Assembly (NCBI GenBank): GCA_036275055.1
Contig: DASUEN010000222.1
Span: forward strand, 26,498 to 90,497
Source: Thermoanaerobaculia bacterium
GTDB lineage: Bacteria; Acidobacteriota; Thermoanaerobaculia; Multivoradales; UBA5704
DNA length: 64,000 bases
Direction of reading: 5' to 3'
Shown here one piece after another: positions 38,803 through 48,960 of this stretch; the stretch's first letter is position 1, and each line of letters opens with the position of its first letter. Both the position numbers and the translations under genes were made by a program. Below the pieces are notes generated by a model. That model did not search any database and had not been told where the DNA came from. It was given only the letters and a program-made list of their open reading frames with translations.

Positions 38803-40458
38803 TCAAGGCATCGTCAGGGCCGTTTCGGCCGTGGCGAGCTTGCCGCTCACGGGATCGTAGACGGTCGCCACCAGGCGGTTCGCCTTCCCCTTGAGGGTGA
38901 TCTTGGTCTCGTACTTGATGAAGCCGCCCGGCTTGGCGGGCTTGTCCGAGGCGATGTCGAGGGGGACGACGGGGATCTCGGAGCCGTTCCCCGTTTCGTC
39001 CGAGGCCGCGAAGCGGAGCTCGGCGTGCGCCGCGTATTTGTTTCCCACCTGCACCAGCGTCACCACGTCGGCGGGCAAGCCCAAGGTGATGGGGATCTCC
39101 GTGCCCCCCTTGACCTTCTTCAGTGCGCCGATGCGCAGGGGGAGCGGTGAGTCGCCCGGGAGGTTGCCGAAGAGCAGGGCGCTCTCGACCATCATCGTCA
39201 CTTCCGTCTTTTTCGACAGGTCGAGGAAGCTGTTGCGGGAGCGCACCTTGAGGCCCGGCTTGCTGACGCTCACGTCCACCTTGTGGCGCGCGTCGTTGTG
39301 CTCCCAGGAGGGGGAGAAGCCGAGCCAATAGTACGAGCGCGTGTCGCCTGCAGCCTTGGCGAGGGCCAGCGTCCGGTTGCCGGCGCGAAGAGTCGTGCCG
39401 CCGGTTTCCTGGGCCACGAAGTCGAGGGTGCCGGTGATCTCCTGGACGCGTGACGAGGTACTGGACTCGTCCGCCGACTGCAATCCCTGGCCGTCGATCG
39501 GGTAGACGGTGTAGCCGAGCAGGTTGGCCGTATTGGTCAGGTTGCGCAGCAGCTCTTCGCCGTCCTTGAACTCGCGCGAGGTCGAGGGCGCCGCATCGCC
39601 GCGGATGAAGCCCTGGATCGAGTACGGCCAGCCGCCGTCCAAAAGCAGCAGGACCTTGCGTCCCGGCGGCGCGGCGAAGGTGCGCAGCGTCCGCGCCACG
39701 GCGTTGACCACCCCCTGCTCCTGGCGGAAGAGGACCTCGCCGTACGCCTTCTCGCGCAGGTTGAGCTGCGAGAAGCCCTGCCGGGAGCTCGCGCTCGCCA
39801 GGTCCAGGGGCGCGCTGTCGCCGGCGGTGCCGCCGGCGAACTCCTCGTCGTGAGCGAACCGCTGGTACTCGACGATCCGGTCGAGCCCCCGCGGCCTGCG
39901 CCCCATGGCGTCGTCGAAGGCCCGTGCCAGTTGGGCCTGCGACTGCGACCAGTTGGAGATCATGGCGAGCCGGCCGCCGTCGTAGGTGACGATGGCCATG
40001 CGGTCCTCCGGACCCAAGCGGGCGAGGTCGCTCTTGAGCGAGCGGAGGATCTCGTTGCGTTTGACCTCGGTCGAAAAATAGTCGTCGATGAAGACGAGGT
40101 AGCTGGTACCCACGCCGCCGCCTGGCTCCACACCGGGAACGGCCGCGGTGGCGGGAGCGGGAGCACCCTCGGCCGCGGCCGGCGGCGCCACGGATTGCCC
40201 CCCGGCGACCTCGGTGAAGTAGGTGACGGGGACGTCCTTGCCGTCCACCTTCAGCTTGAAATCTCCCGGCTTCAAACCCGTGACCCGGTTGCCGTCCTTG
40301 TCGGTGACCACCACCTCGACGTTGACCACCCGCACCTCGAGAGTCTCGCCGAAGACCGGCGGCTCGGGAGCTTGGGGGGGCTTTTTCTGCTGTGCCAGGG
40401 CCGGCAGGCCGGCGACGGCCCAGGCCAGGCAGAGAGCAGAAAGGGCTGACTTCTTCAT
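38803..40458 (-). CDS. VWA-domain protein of the 'VWFA-related Acidobacterial domain' type (tandem paralog 2)
   Basis: ATG 40458 with GAGGAGGT SD. Near-identical N- and C-termini to paralog 1. 551 aa. Confidence 0.75.
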   Translation of the reverse strand: MKKSALSALCLAWAVAGLPALAQQKKPPQAPEPPVFGETLEVRVVNVEVVVTDKDGNRVTGLKPGDFKLKVDGKDVPVTYFTEVAGGQSVAPPAAAEGAPAPATAAVPGVEPGGGVGTSYLVFIDDYFSTEVKRNEILRSLKSDLARLGPEDRMAIVTYDGGRLAMISNWSQSQAQLARAFDDAMGRRPRGLDRIVEYQRFAHDEEFAGGTAGDSAPLDLASASSRQGFSQLNLREKAYGEVLFRQEQGVVNAVARTLRTFAAPPGRKVLLLLDGGWPYSIQGFIRGDAAPSTSREFKDGEELLRNLTNTANLLGYTVYPIDGQGLQSADESSTSSRVQEITGTLDFVAQETGGTTLRAGNRTLALAKAAGDTRSYYWLGFSPSWEHNDARHKVDVSVSKPGLKVRSRNSFLDLSKKTEVTMMVESALLFGNLPGDSPLPLRIGALKKVKGGTEIPITLGLPADVVTLVQVGNKYAAHAELRFAASDETGNGSEIPVVPLDIASDKPAKPGGFIKYETKITLKGKANRLVATVYDPVSGKLATAETALTMP

Positions 40459-40582
40459 GCCGTAACCTCCTCGTGACAGCTTAAGTATAAGGCATGCGTT
40501 GACGGCGGCGGCTCGGCTGGCTTACCTTGGCGGCTGCGGCCTGAGCGCCGGCCATATTCGAGCAGAGAAGGGAGCTCATCCG

Positions 40583-41188
40583 ATGAGCGAGATCGACGAG
40601 GCGATTTCCGAGGCGGTGGAGAAGGCCAAGGAGTCTTCGGACCCTCTCAACTCCGTCGTCGCCGTGCTGGTGGCGCTGATCGCCACCTTCATGGCATTGT
40701 GCAACATCAAGGACGGCAACATCGTGCAGGCGATGTCGCAGGAGCAGGCCAAGGCCGTGGACCAATGGTCGTACTACCAGGCCAAGGGGACGAAGCAAAA
40801 CCTGGCGGAGAGCGTGCTCGATCAGCTCACGCTGCAGAAGCAGATGAGCCCCTCCCTGCCGGCTCCGGCGGCGGCGCTGCTCGACAAAGAGATCGCCACC
40901 TACACCGCGAGCGTCAAGAAGTACCAAAAAGAGAAGGAAGACATCAAGAAAGTGGCGGAGGGGGCGCAGGCCGAGTACGACCGGCTGAACGTGCACGACG
41001 ATCAGTTCGACATGTCAGAGGCGAGCCTCAGCATCTCGATCGCCCTCCTCGGCGTCAGCGCTCTGACCAAGAAGAAATGGCTGGTCGCCATCGCCGTCCT
41101 TTTCGCCGGCTTCGGCGTGGTGCTCGGGCTCGCCGGCTTCCTGGGCTGGGGCTTCCATCCCGACGCGTTCGCGAAGTTCTTGAGCTGA
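40583..41188 (+). CDS. DUF4337 family protein
   Basis: GAGAAGGGAG SD, ATG 40583. MSEIDEAISEAVEKAKESSDPLNSVVAVLVALIATFMALCNIKDGN...QWSYYQAKG. C-terminal TM helix. Confidence 0.7.
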   Translation: MSEIDEAISEAVEKAKESSDPLNSVVAVLVALIATFMALCNIKDGNIVQAMSQEQAKAVDQWSYYQAKGTKQNLAESVLDQLTLQKQMSPSLPAPAAALLDKEIATYTASVKKYQKEKEDIKKVAEGAQAEYDRLNVHDDQFDMSEASLSISIALLGVSALTKKKWLVAIAVLFAGFGVVLGLAGFLGWGFHPDAFAKFLS

Positions 41189-41197
41189 GGAGACGAG

Positions 41198-42511
41198 ATG
41201 ACGAAGACCTGCTGGCTGGTCCCGGCCCTGGCGCTGGCGCTTCCGGGAAGCGTGATGGCGCAGAAAGTGGCGCAGGAGGCGCCCCCGAAACCCGATCCGG
41301 CTTTGGTCGAGCGGGCGCGCAAGCTGCTCGATCAAGTGCCGCTCATCGACGGGCACAACGACCTCCCCTGGGAGTATCGCAAGCGGGTGCAGAACCATCT
41401 GGACAAAATCGACCTGAAAGGCGGCACCACGAAGCTCGATCCTCCCCTCCATACGGACATTCCGCGATTGCGCCGCGGCGGCGTGGGCGGCCAGTTCTGG
41501 TCGGTCTACATCCCGGTGGAGATCCTGGGCGCGGACGCCATTCAGGCGGTGATGGAACAGATCGACGACGTGCACCGCCTGGCCGAGCACTATCCCGATA
41601 CGTTCGAGGTGGCGCGGAACGCGGCGGACGTCGAGCGCATTCACAAAGCCGGGCGCATCGCTTCGCTGATCGGTATGGAGGGGGGGCACTCCATTCACAA
41701 TTCGCTCGCCGTGCTGCGCCAGCTTTACGCGGCGGGCGCCCGCTACATGACGATCACCCATTCGAAGAACACCGACTGGGCGGACTCCGCGACCGATGAG
41801 CCCAAGCACGGCGGCCTCACCCGCTTCGGCGAAGAGGTGGTCAAAGAGATGAACCGCATGGGGATGCTGGTGGACCTTTCGCACGTCTCGGCGGAGACGA
41901 TGAAGAAGGCGCTCGCCGTCACCCAGGCGCCCGTCATCTTCTCCCATTCTTCGGCGCGCGGTCTCGACGCTCATCCGAGAAACGTTCCCGATGACGTGCT
42001 GAAGCTGCTGCCCGGAAACGGCGGCGTGGTGATGGTGAGCTTCGTCCCCACCTTCACCTCCGAGACCGTGCGTGCCTGGAGCGCCGATCAGGACGCCGCG
42101 GAGGCCCGTCTCAAGACTCTCGATCCGGGCGATCCGGAGGCGGTCAAAAAAGGAATGGAAGGCTGGCGCGCCGAGCACCCGGCGCCCCGCGCCACGCTGG
42201 CGCAGGTGGCCGATCACGTCGAGCACGTGCGCAAGCTGGCGGGAATCGATCACGTGGGGATCGGCTCGGATTTCGACGGCATTACCAGTGTTCCCCTGGG
42301 GCTCGAAGGTGTGGATACCTACCCGGTCCTCTTCGCCGAGCTGTTGCGCCGGGGGTGGACGGACGAGGACGTGATGAAGCTCGCCGGCAAAAACCTCCTG
42401 CGCGTGCTGCGCCAGACCGAGCAGGTGGCGCAGCGTCTCCAGAAGGAGCGCCCCGCTTCCGACGCGCTGATCGAAGAGCTGGACGGGCCGGCGAAGGGGG
42501 CCGCGAAGTAG
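41198..42511 (+). CDS. membrane dipeptidase (peptidase M19, renal dipeptidase family), secreted
   Basis: Signal peptide MTKTCWLVPALALALPGSVMAQ. DGHNDLPWEYR, MTITHSKNTDWADS, IDHVGIGSDFDG motifs. Confidence 0.9.
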   Translation: MTKTCWLVPALALALPGSVMAQKVAQEAPPKPDPALVERARKLLDQVPLIDGHNDLPWEYRKRVQNHLDKIDLKGGTTKLDPPLHTDIPRLRRGGVGGQFWSVYIPVEILGADAIQAVMEQIDDVHRLAEHYPDTFEVARNAADVERIHKAGRIASLIGMEGGHSIHNSLAVLRQLYAAGARYMTITHSKNTDWADSATDEPKHGGLTRFGEEVVKEMNRMGMLVDLSHVSAETMKKALAVTQAPVIFSHSSARGLDAHPRNVPDDVLKLLPGNGGVVMVSFVPTFTSETVRAWSADQDAAEARLKTLDPGDPEAVKKGMEGWRAEHPAPRATLAQVADHVEHVRKLAGIDHVGIGSDFDGITSVPLGLEGVDTYPVLFAELLRRGWTDEDVMKLAGKNLLRVLRQTEQVAQRLQKERPASDALIEELDGPAKGAAK

Positions 42512-42562
42512 AGACACCAGGGCATCGGGCTTGCATCCGGTTGGTGGCTCGGAGGTGTGGTC

Positions 42563-44626
42563 ATGCGGAGAGTGGTTGCTGGCCTCGTTCCTTGGCTCTG
42601 CGCCCACTGGGTTTCGACGGTTTTAGGGGCGCAGGTCCCCGACCGGTTCCGCGATTGGCTGGAGAGCGTCGATCCCCTGGTCACCCAGCGGGAGCGTGAC
42701 GCCTTCGTAAACCTTGCAACCGATGCCGACCGCGAGGCTTTCGTGCAGCGGTTCTGGGAGGTGCGCGATCCCTATCCCGAAACCCCGCGCAACGAGGCGC
42801 GGGAACGCTGGGAGTCCCGCCTCGAAGACGTCCGCCGGCGCTGGGGAGGGACGCGGGACGACCGCGCCCGCGTCTTCCTGTTGAACGGCGAGCCGGATTC
42901 CGTCCTCGCCGCGCAATGCGACGGCAAACTGTTGGAGCTGTGGAATTATCAACCCCGTTTCCAGGTCAAGGACCGCACGGTGCTCGCCTTCCTGATCGAT
43001 CCGGCGGGCGGGGAGGCCCGGCTCTGGCGCCCCGGGGAAGGAGGGCTCGACCTCCTCGCCGTTGCCAAGGAGGGGCGGTGCGCCGCCGATGCCGGTGCCG
43101 CCGATGCCCTCTTCTGGCTTCGCCTGGCCGGCAAGGACGGCTGTGATTTCGTGGCCAGGCGGGCGCTCTCGGCGCCGAAGCCGCGGGAGTGGGTCTCCGA
43201 ATTCCATCCCGAGGCTCCTGCCGCGGCTGCCGCGCTCCCATCTCCAGAGACCCGTTCGTTGCAAGCGGCCGGCGGCGCCGAGCCTGTTCCTGCTCCCCCG
43301 CGGCCGAGCCTGCACATCACGGCTCCCACCGGCCATCTCCTCGCCGGGACTCAACGCTTCGAGGCCCGTGTGGACGAGCAGATCGAGCGCGTCGCCTTCA
43401 CGCTCGACGGCAAGCTGCTCTTGACCCGCAACCGCCCTCCCTTCATCGTGCAGGTGGACCTCGGGGGAGTGCCGCGCCCCCACCGCCTTGCCGCCCAGGG
43501 CTTCGGCCCCAACGGCCAGGTGCTGGCGAGCGATGAACTGATGATCAACGGCGGGGCGCAGCGCTTCGCCGTCCGCCTCGTCGAGCCCGCCCCGGGTGGA
43601 ACGTACCGCCAGAGCCTGCGGGCCCGGGTCGACGTCCAGGCTCCCGCGGACCGCAAGGTCGAGCGCGTCGAGATCTACCTGGGCGACCAGCGGATGGTCA
43701 CTCTGTATCAGCCGCCGTTCGTGCAGCCCCTGGTCCTGCCCGCGGTGGCGGGCGTGGGATACGTGCGCGCCGTGGCCTACCTGAGCGACGGCACGTCGGC
43801 CGAGGACGTGACGCTGCTCAACGCGCCCGAGGCGGAGAAGATGGACGTCCACCTCGTCAACCTCTACACCAACGTGGGCGACCGGGCGGGGCGGCCGTTC
43901 GAAGGTCTCGGGGCCGGCGACTTCCAGGTTTTCGAGGATGGCGTTCGCCAGACCCTGCGCCAGGTGGAGCGGGTGGACGACACGCCTCTGCGGCTGGTGA
44001 CGCTGCTCGACAACTCGGCCTCCATGGCGCCGCGCCTCGAGGCCTCCCGCCGCGCCGCGATCGATTTTCTCAAGCGGACCTTGCGTGCCAGGGACGAGGC
44101 CGCCGTGATCACTTTCAACAAGGCGCCGCACGTCGCCGTGGGGCTCACCGGCGACCTCGCGGCCCTGGCGGGGGGCTTCGACGGGCTGATGGCCTTCGAC
44201 GACACGGCGCTGTGGGACAGCCTGATCTATGCTCTGGGCTATCTCGGCGGCGCCGCCGGGCAGCGGGCCATCGTCCTGCTTTCCGACGGCGAGGACCATA
44301 CCAGCACCTACAAGTTCGAAGACGCGCTCGAAAGCGCCCGGCGGGCGGGGATCGCCGTCTACGTCCTCGGTATCGACTTACCGCGGGGCGAGGCCACGAA
44401 GCACCTCGCCCGGCTGGCGGCGGAGACGGGCGGGCGGAGCTTCTTCTTCAAGTCGATGAACGACCTACCCGGCATCTACAGCGCGATCGAAAAGGACCTC
44501 CGCTCGCGCTACCGGATCACCTATCAATCCTCGAACACCCGCCCCGGCGAGGCCTTCCGCACCGTGCGGGTGCAGGTGGACAAGCCCGGGGCGGAGGCGC
44601 GGACGATCAGCGGGTATTATCCATGA
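42563..44626 (+). CDS. GWxTD-domain protein fused to C-terminal von Willebrand factor A domain
   Basis: GGAGGTG SD, ATG 42563. RFWEVRDPYPETPRNEARERWESRLEDVRRRWGG...RVFLLNGEPD (GWxTD-like). VWA LVTLLDNSASM...AIVLLSDGEDHTS. 687 aa. Confidence 0.75.
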   Translation: MRRVVAGLVPWLCAHWVSTVLGAQVPDRFRDWLESVDPLVTQRERDAFVNLATDADREAFVQRFWEVRDPYPETPRNEARERWESRLEDVRRRWGGTRDDRARVFLLNGEPDSVLAAQCDGKLLELWNYQPRFQVKDRTVLAFLIDPAGGEARLWRPGEGGLDLLAVAKEGRCAADAGAADALFWLRLAGKDGCDFVARRALSAPKPREWVSEFHPEAPAAAAALPSPETRSLQAAGGAEPVPAPPRPSLHITAPTGHLLAGTQRFEARVDEQIERVAFTLDGKLLLTRNRPPFIVQVDLGGVPRPHRLAAQGFGPNGQVLASDELMINGGAQRFAVRLVEPAPGGTYRQSLRARVDVQAPADRKVERVEIYLGDQRMVTLYQPPFVQPLVLPAVAGVGYVRAVAYLSDGTSAEDVTLLNAPEAEKMDVHLVNLYTNVGDRAGRPFEGLGAGDFQVFEDGVRQTLRQVERVDDTPLRLVTLLDNSASMAPRLEASRRAAIDFLKRTLRARDEAAVITFNKAPHVAVGLTGDLAALAGGFDGLMAFDDTALWDSLIYALGYLGGAAGQRAIVLLSDGEDHTSTYKFEDALESARRAGIAVYVLGIDLPRGEATKHLARLAAETGGRSFFFKSMNDLPGIYSAIEKDLRSRYRITYQSSNTRPGEAFRTVRVQVDKPGAEARTISGYYP

Positions 44627-44632
44627 GGGAGT

Positions 44633-45037
44633 CTACGCCACGTGCACCAGCACCTTGCGCGTGCCGGGGTGACGGCGATGCTCCCAGAGATAGATTCCCT
44701 GCCAGGTGCCGAGGCCGAGCTCGCCGTCCAGGATGGGGATCGCGAGTGAGGTCGCGGTGAGCATCGCCTTGATGTGCGAGGGCATGTCGTCCGGTCCTTC
44801 GGCGGTGTGAGTGTAAAGGGGATCGCGCTCGGGCACCAGGCGTTTGAGCCAGGCCTCCAAGTCGCGCCGCGCGGAAGGATCGGCGTTCTCCTGGATGGTC
44901 AGACTGGCCGAGGTGTGCTGAATGAACAGCGTGCAGAGACCCTCGCGGACGCCGCTCGCCCGTACGGCGTCGCGCACCTCGTTGGTGATCTCGTGAAGCC
45001 CCTGGCCGGGGCTTTTGTGGGAGAGCTTGGTGACCAT
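44633..45037 (-). CDS. yjbQ: YjbQ/UPF0047 family secondary thiamine-phosphate synthase-like protein
   Basis: 134 aa. CTLFIQHTSASLTIQENADPSARRDLEAWLKRLVPE...GTWQGIYLWEHRRH. Confidence 0.85.
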   Translation of the reverse strand: MVTKLSHKSPGQGLHEITNEVRDAVRASGVREGLCTLFIQHTSASLTIQENADPSARRDLEAWLKRLVPERDPLYTHTAEGPDDMPSHIKAMLTATSLAIPILDGELGLGTWQGIYLWEHRRHPGTRKVLVHVA

Positions 45038-45063
45038 ACCATCTTCTCACTGTTAAGAGTTTA

Positions 45064-48000
45064 TTACCCACGCCGCTCCTGGCGGATCGACTGCTCGATC
45101 TGATCCCGGCGGTCCCAATAGGCGCTCAAAGCGGGTTCTTCTTTGATCAACGGCTCGATCCTTTCTAGGAGGGCGAGATATTCCGATGGATTCAATCCCA
45201 GAGTCTGAGACCTCGTGCGGAGCAGGAGATCTTCCTGTTGGTGCGGTGATGACTTTTCGAGGACGCTTTGCCACTCGGAGGGCCTAAAGGAGCGCATTGG
45301 AAGATGGCGCCGCAAGACGCGCGCCGTGGGCCGGGCAATCGCAGCGATCGACGCCCCCAGGAAGAGGGCGAGGATCGCGATGATAAGGTACCGGGAAATC
45401 GACCGGAACAGGTCGACGTTGAAAATGATCAGGCCCGCGACGATCAAGTGAATCGCGCCTATGATCAGCTTGTCGTAACCAGGAAATCCGATGTCGCTAA
45501 CGGCCTCCCGTGAGATCTTTTTCAACCAGACTGCGCCCCCGGAGAGAGAATGGATAAAGCGCTCCAATCGTTTGGGGAGGTAACGGCCCGTGAGAAGCCG
45601 ATAGACCAGCCAGCAGGCTAGGAGCAGACCAGTGAGCACGAGAAGCTCGGAAGTACCCTTCGCGTAGGGCAGCCCCAAGAGCCGGCAGAGCCAGACCGCG
45701 AGATCGTGAAGCTTCCGGCTCCCGAAGACGATAGCGAAGGCAAGCGCTGCGCTGCCTGTCACAATACCGATCAACGCGCCGAAGAGTCCCACCGAGAGGC
45801 GATGGCATTCCTCCCAGGGGAGCTTCAAGATGGCACCGGTGTTGTAACCTGAATGCCTCCAGCGCCGGGTAGAGAAGGAATAGCCGGCGAGGGTGCCGAG
45901 ATGGGCCAGGGCAGGGATCGGAATCAGGGCGATGCAAGCGGCGATGTAAAATCCCCCGAAAAATGAATCCAACGCGCCGAGCTTCCATCGCAAGAGATCC
46001 GGCAAAGCCTGAGAGAGGCCAAGACCGAGGCCCGCACTTCCAAAGCAGAAGAATCCCACGATGATGGGCCGGTATCTCAGCGAAAGACCCATCGTCAAAA
46101 GTACGGCAACGACCTGAGGGAGCAAGGATTCTCCTGGTTGAACATGGGCCAGGCCGCCGAGGATCTTCAGGATCCCCGCGTCGTGAGTGGAGCGAAGCAG
46201 GAAGAGGGTTGTCTCGGTCAGGGCGCACGCCGCAGCCAGCACGATTCCCAGATGAAGCAGGCCGAACGCCGTGGCCACCCCGAAGGTTAGCCATGGCTTC
46301 AGCCTACGGTTCTCCTTCGCGGCTTTGGCAAAGGCCAGGAAGCGTGCGAAGAAGGAGTTGTCCGCGAGAGCGAGCCCCATCTGCGTGGCGAAGTCCGCTC
46401 CTCCGGCGTAAGGCTCCTGTTGGGATGCGAGGACGATGAGAGCCTGGTTCCGTACCCACTTCACGGGAGATTGCAAAAGTTTTTCGAGCGAGCTCTGAAG
46501 ATCGATCTCCGCGAGGTTCCGGCAGGAGCGCATCATCTTGACCTGGGTTATGGGGCGGCCCTGTTCCGCGATGGTCTCGACGGCTTCCTGCAGGCAGGGG
46601 CGAAGGCGCTCCCGCACGGCTTGCGACCTGCTGGCGCCGTGACGGACCAGACGGGCGCCGAGCTCGACCCGGTCGCCGAGCAGCGACTCCCGCTTGTACC
46701 GGGTCTCTCTTCCTTCTTCCCGATGGAGACTCTGCCATCTCGGCTCGTACGGCTGATGGAGCTCCGGCGTGATCTCTTTGATCGAGTCCGCGAGGGTTGT
46801 CACGCCCTCTTCGGCTCCCCCCATCAATACCAAGTTGACCATCGTCTCCTGCCAGCGGGGAGCGTCGAGCTTGACGAGCCACTCGATGGGAGGAGTGGCC
46901 TTCTGGATCCAGAGGGCCGCGAAATATTCCTGGAAGCGATGGTGCGCGAAACGGACCAGGTGGGGCCGCTCCGGAAGGGATTCCGCCAGCACGCCGCAAG
47001 ACCTGCCCGCCCGGATCAACGACTGCAAGCGTTCGATCTCTCCGGAACCGGCGGACTCTTCGATCAGATCCTCCACACCTGCCGCCGTGCCAAGGTTCCT
47101 GTCCGTAATGACGAAGGCGATTCGAGCCCATGCCGCGAAGGCTTCATTCCGGCTCGGGAAAGGCAGGCCTTCCTCCTCGCTTTCCTGCTGCTTGCGCTCG
47201 AAGCTCCGTTCGTACAGATAACCGAGCAGTTGGGTGCGCGACGTGGGCCAGGTCTTTTCCGCTTGCAGGAACAGACAAAGGAGCCAAAGGGTGAAAGGAT
47301 TAGTGGCATCAACGGTCAGCTCTCCCGCTGCCAAGCGCCGGGCGAGGCGGGGGAGGGGCCAGATCGTGCCGTCGATCTCCAGGCTCGGGACCCTTAGGAA
47401 ACGGCGCAGGTAGAGAGCGATCTGCTCGCGGTCGAAGGCGAGGAGAACCAGCCGCCGGTGAATGAACGAAGGGCTGAAGTCCGCGATCCGGCAGGAGAAA
47501 AGAGTCCGGGTGCGACCGCTCCGCGAGCCTGCGAAGACGCTCAGAGCCTCGGTGTGCTCGTTGTACCGGTCCCGGCTCATCTCGTCCATGCCGTCGAAGA
47601 GGAGGACCAGCCGGCCCTGCCGGTCGAGAGCGTCGATCCAGGGACGGATTCTCTCGGGAGCGGAGCGTTTGACGTGATCGAGCACTTCCTCCGGCCCTAC
47701 GCGGCCCTCCACATGGAACTCACCCAGCCGCACGAAGACGACGACCGAGGGGAAGACTCGCCGCACCTCGGATTTGAGCAGATCCCGAGCCGCTTCCTGG
47801 AGCGTCATCGTCTTGCCGCTGCCCGGGTCGCCCAGCAAAACGAGAGGGTCCGGACTTCTGAGCAGTTTCTCGACGAGATTCCTGACCGGCCGGCTTCGAC
47901 GATCGAGGGCGGCGATCTGCGCGCTCGCGGAATCCCCACCCTCCGACCGGCCCAGCACCTGGCGGACGAGCAATTGCACGGGCCGTTCGAAAGGATCGTT

Positions 48001-48678
48001 GGACTGCTCGTCCGCGGCCCCTTGGGGTACGTTGCGCGCGGCGAGTGGCAGATACTCCTTCAGCCGGGTTTTCCTTTGAATCTCGTTCTGGATGTGCGAG
48101 AGGGAATCGCAGAGGTAGCCCTGGATCTCGGCTGCTTCCGGCGGCTCGGGCAGGGTTCCCAACCGAGTCAAATCCGAATGAAGCCGAGGGAAGAGGCGAT
48201 CCAGCAGATGGCGGATCAGCCCAGGCCGGACGAGAGAGTAGGAACGGATTTCCGGAGAAGCTCCCTTCGAGCGCAAACGGTCGAGGATCAGCGAGGCGAT
48301 ATCTCCCGGACTGTAACCTTGAATACCGACCCAGCCATCGATCGTGAGAAGTCCGGAAATAGGTGCTTCGTCGAAACGGAGCAGCAGAATCCGATCGGGA
48401 CGTTGTTTCTTGATGATTTCCCTGACCACTCTCCACTCGACGCCGCAGCACCACTCGCCGGCGGCATAGTCCGCGCTCAGAAAGGCTACGATCAGGGGCG
48501 ACTTCTCATAGATGGATTGGAGATAGACGTCCAGATCCGGCCGGCCCAGCTCGGCTTCGTGATCTCGATCGTAGAAAACCTGGCCTTCGCCGAGAGATCC
48601 TTCCAGCAGGTTGGCGACTTTCGAGACGACGTCGCGCTGCCTGCCGGCAAACGAGAGGGCGACAAGGGGCGGAGACAT
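45064..48678 (-). CDS. TIR-NACHT (STAND NTPase) protein with HEAT-like region and C-terminal multi-pass transmembrane domain
   Basis: 1204 aa. N-terminal TIR ALSFAGRQRDVVSKVANLLEG..VFYDRDHEAELGRPDLDVYLQSIYEKSPLIVAFLSADYAAGEWCCGVEW. Walker A LLGDPGSGKTMTL. Walker B RLVLLFDGMDEM. C-terminal about 400 aa holds about 8 predicted TM helices. GC is lower than flanking housekeeping DNA. Confidence 0.75.
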   Translation of the reverse strand: MSPPLVALSFAGRQRDVVSKVANLLEGSLGEGQVFYDRDHEAELGRPDLDVYLQSIYEKSPLIVAFLSADYAAGEWCCGVEWRVVREIIKKQRPDRILLLRFDEAPISGLLTIDGWVGIQGYSPGDIASLILDRLRSKGASPEIRSYSLVRPGLIRHLLDRLFPRLHSDLTRLGTLPEPPEAAEIQGYLCDSLSHIQNEIQRKTRLKEYLPLAARNVPQGAADEQSNDPFERPVQLLVRQVLGRSEGGDSASAQIAALDRRSRPVRNLVEKLLRSPDPLVLLGDPGSGKTMTLQEAARDLLKSEVRRVFPSVVVFVRLGEFHVEGRVGPEEVLDHVKRSAPERIRPWIDALDRQGRLVLLFDGMDEMSRDRYNEHTEALSVFAGSRSGRTRTLFSCRIADFSPSFIHRRLVLLAFDREQIALYLRRFLRVPSLEIDGTIWPLPRLARRLAAGELTVDATNPFTLWLLCLFLQAEKTWPTSRTQLLGYLYERSFERKQQESEEEGLPFPSRNEAFAAWARIAFVITDRNLGTAAGVEDLIEESAGSGEIERLQSLIRAGRSCGVLAESLPERPHLVRFAHHRFQEYFAALWIQKATPPIEWLVKLDAPRWQETMVNLVLMGGAEEGVTTLADSIKEITPELHQPYEPRWQSLHREEGRETRYKRESLLGDRVELGARLVRHGASRSQAVRERLRPCLQEAVETIAEQGRPITQVKMMRSCRNLAEIDLQSSLEKLLQSPVKWVRNQALIVLASQQEPYAGGADFATQMGLALADNSFFARFLAFAKAAKENRRLKPWLTFGVATAFGLLHLGIVLAAACALTETTLFLLRSTHDAGILKILGGLAHVQPGESLLPQVVAVLLTMGLSLRYRPIIVGFFCFGSAGLGLGLSQALPDLLRWKLGALDSFFGGFYIAACIALIPIPALAHLGTLAGYSFSTRRWRHSGYNTGAILKLPWEECHRLSVGLFGALIGIVTGSAALAFAIVFGSRKLHDLAVWLCRLLGLPYAKGTSELLVLTGLLLACWLVYRLLTGRYLPKRLERFIHSLSGGAVWLKKISREAVSDIGFPGYDKLIIGAIHLIVAGLIIFNVDLFRSISRYLIIAILALFLGASIAAIARPTARVLRRHLPMRSFRPSEWQSVLEKSSPHQQEDLLLRTRSQTLGLNPSEYLALLERIEPLIKEEPALSAYWDRRDQIEQSIRQERRG

Positions 48679-48723
48679 GGCTCGGGAACCTACTCTGGGA
48701 ACCGCGGCTTGTCCACACGGCGC

Positions 48724-48948
48724 CTAAACATCGAGATAGCTTCCGAACCGCTTCACCAGCTCCCGGATGAAGCTCCACTCCTCGGCGGAGGGATCGGCGA
48801 GGACGCCGTTGAAGCGCCAGCCGGCTTCGTAGCGCCGCAGCATGTCGAGCGGCTCGAGGTCTCGGTACTTGCAGTCGAACCAGGAAATGCTCTCCAGGAA
48901 AGGCAGTCGCTCAGGGATGGCGATCTCGAAGACGGGTCCGGCGGCCAT
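48724..48948 (-). CDS. small hypothetical protein (74 aa) immediately upstream of the TIR-NACHT gene
   Basis: ORF MAAGPVFEIAIPERLPFLESISWFDCKYRDLEPLDMLRRYEAGWRFNGVLADPSAEEWSFIRELVKRFGSYLDV. Same strand, 12 nt after the upstream small gene. Confidence 0.4.
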   Translation of the reverse strand: MAAGPVFEIAIPERLPFLESISWFDCKYRDLEPLDMLRRYEAGWRFNGVLADPSAEEWSFIRELVKRFGSYLDV

Positions 48949-48960
48949 GGGAGCATGGTA

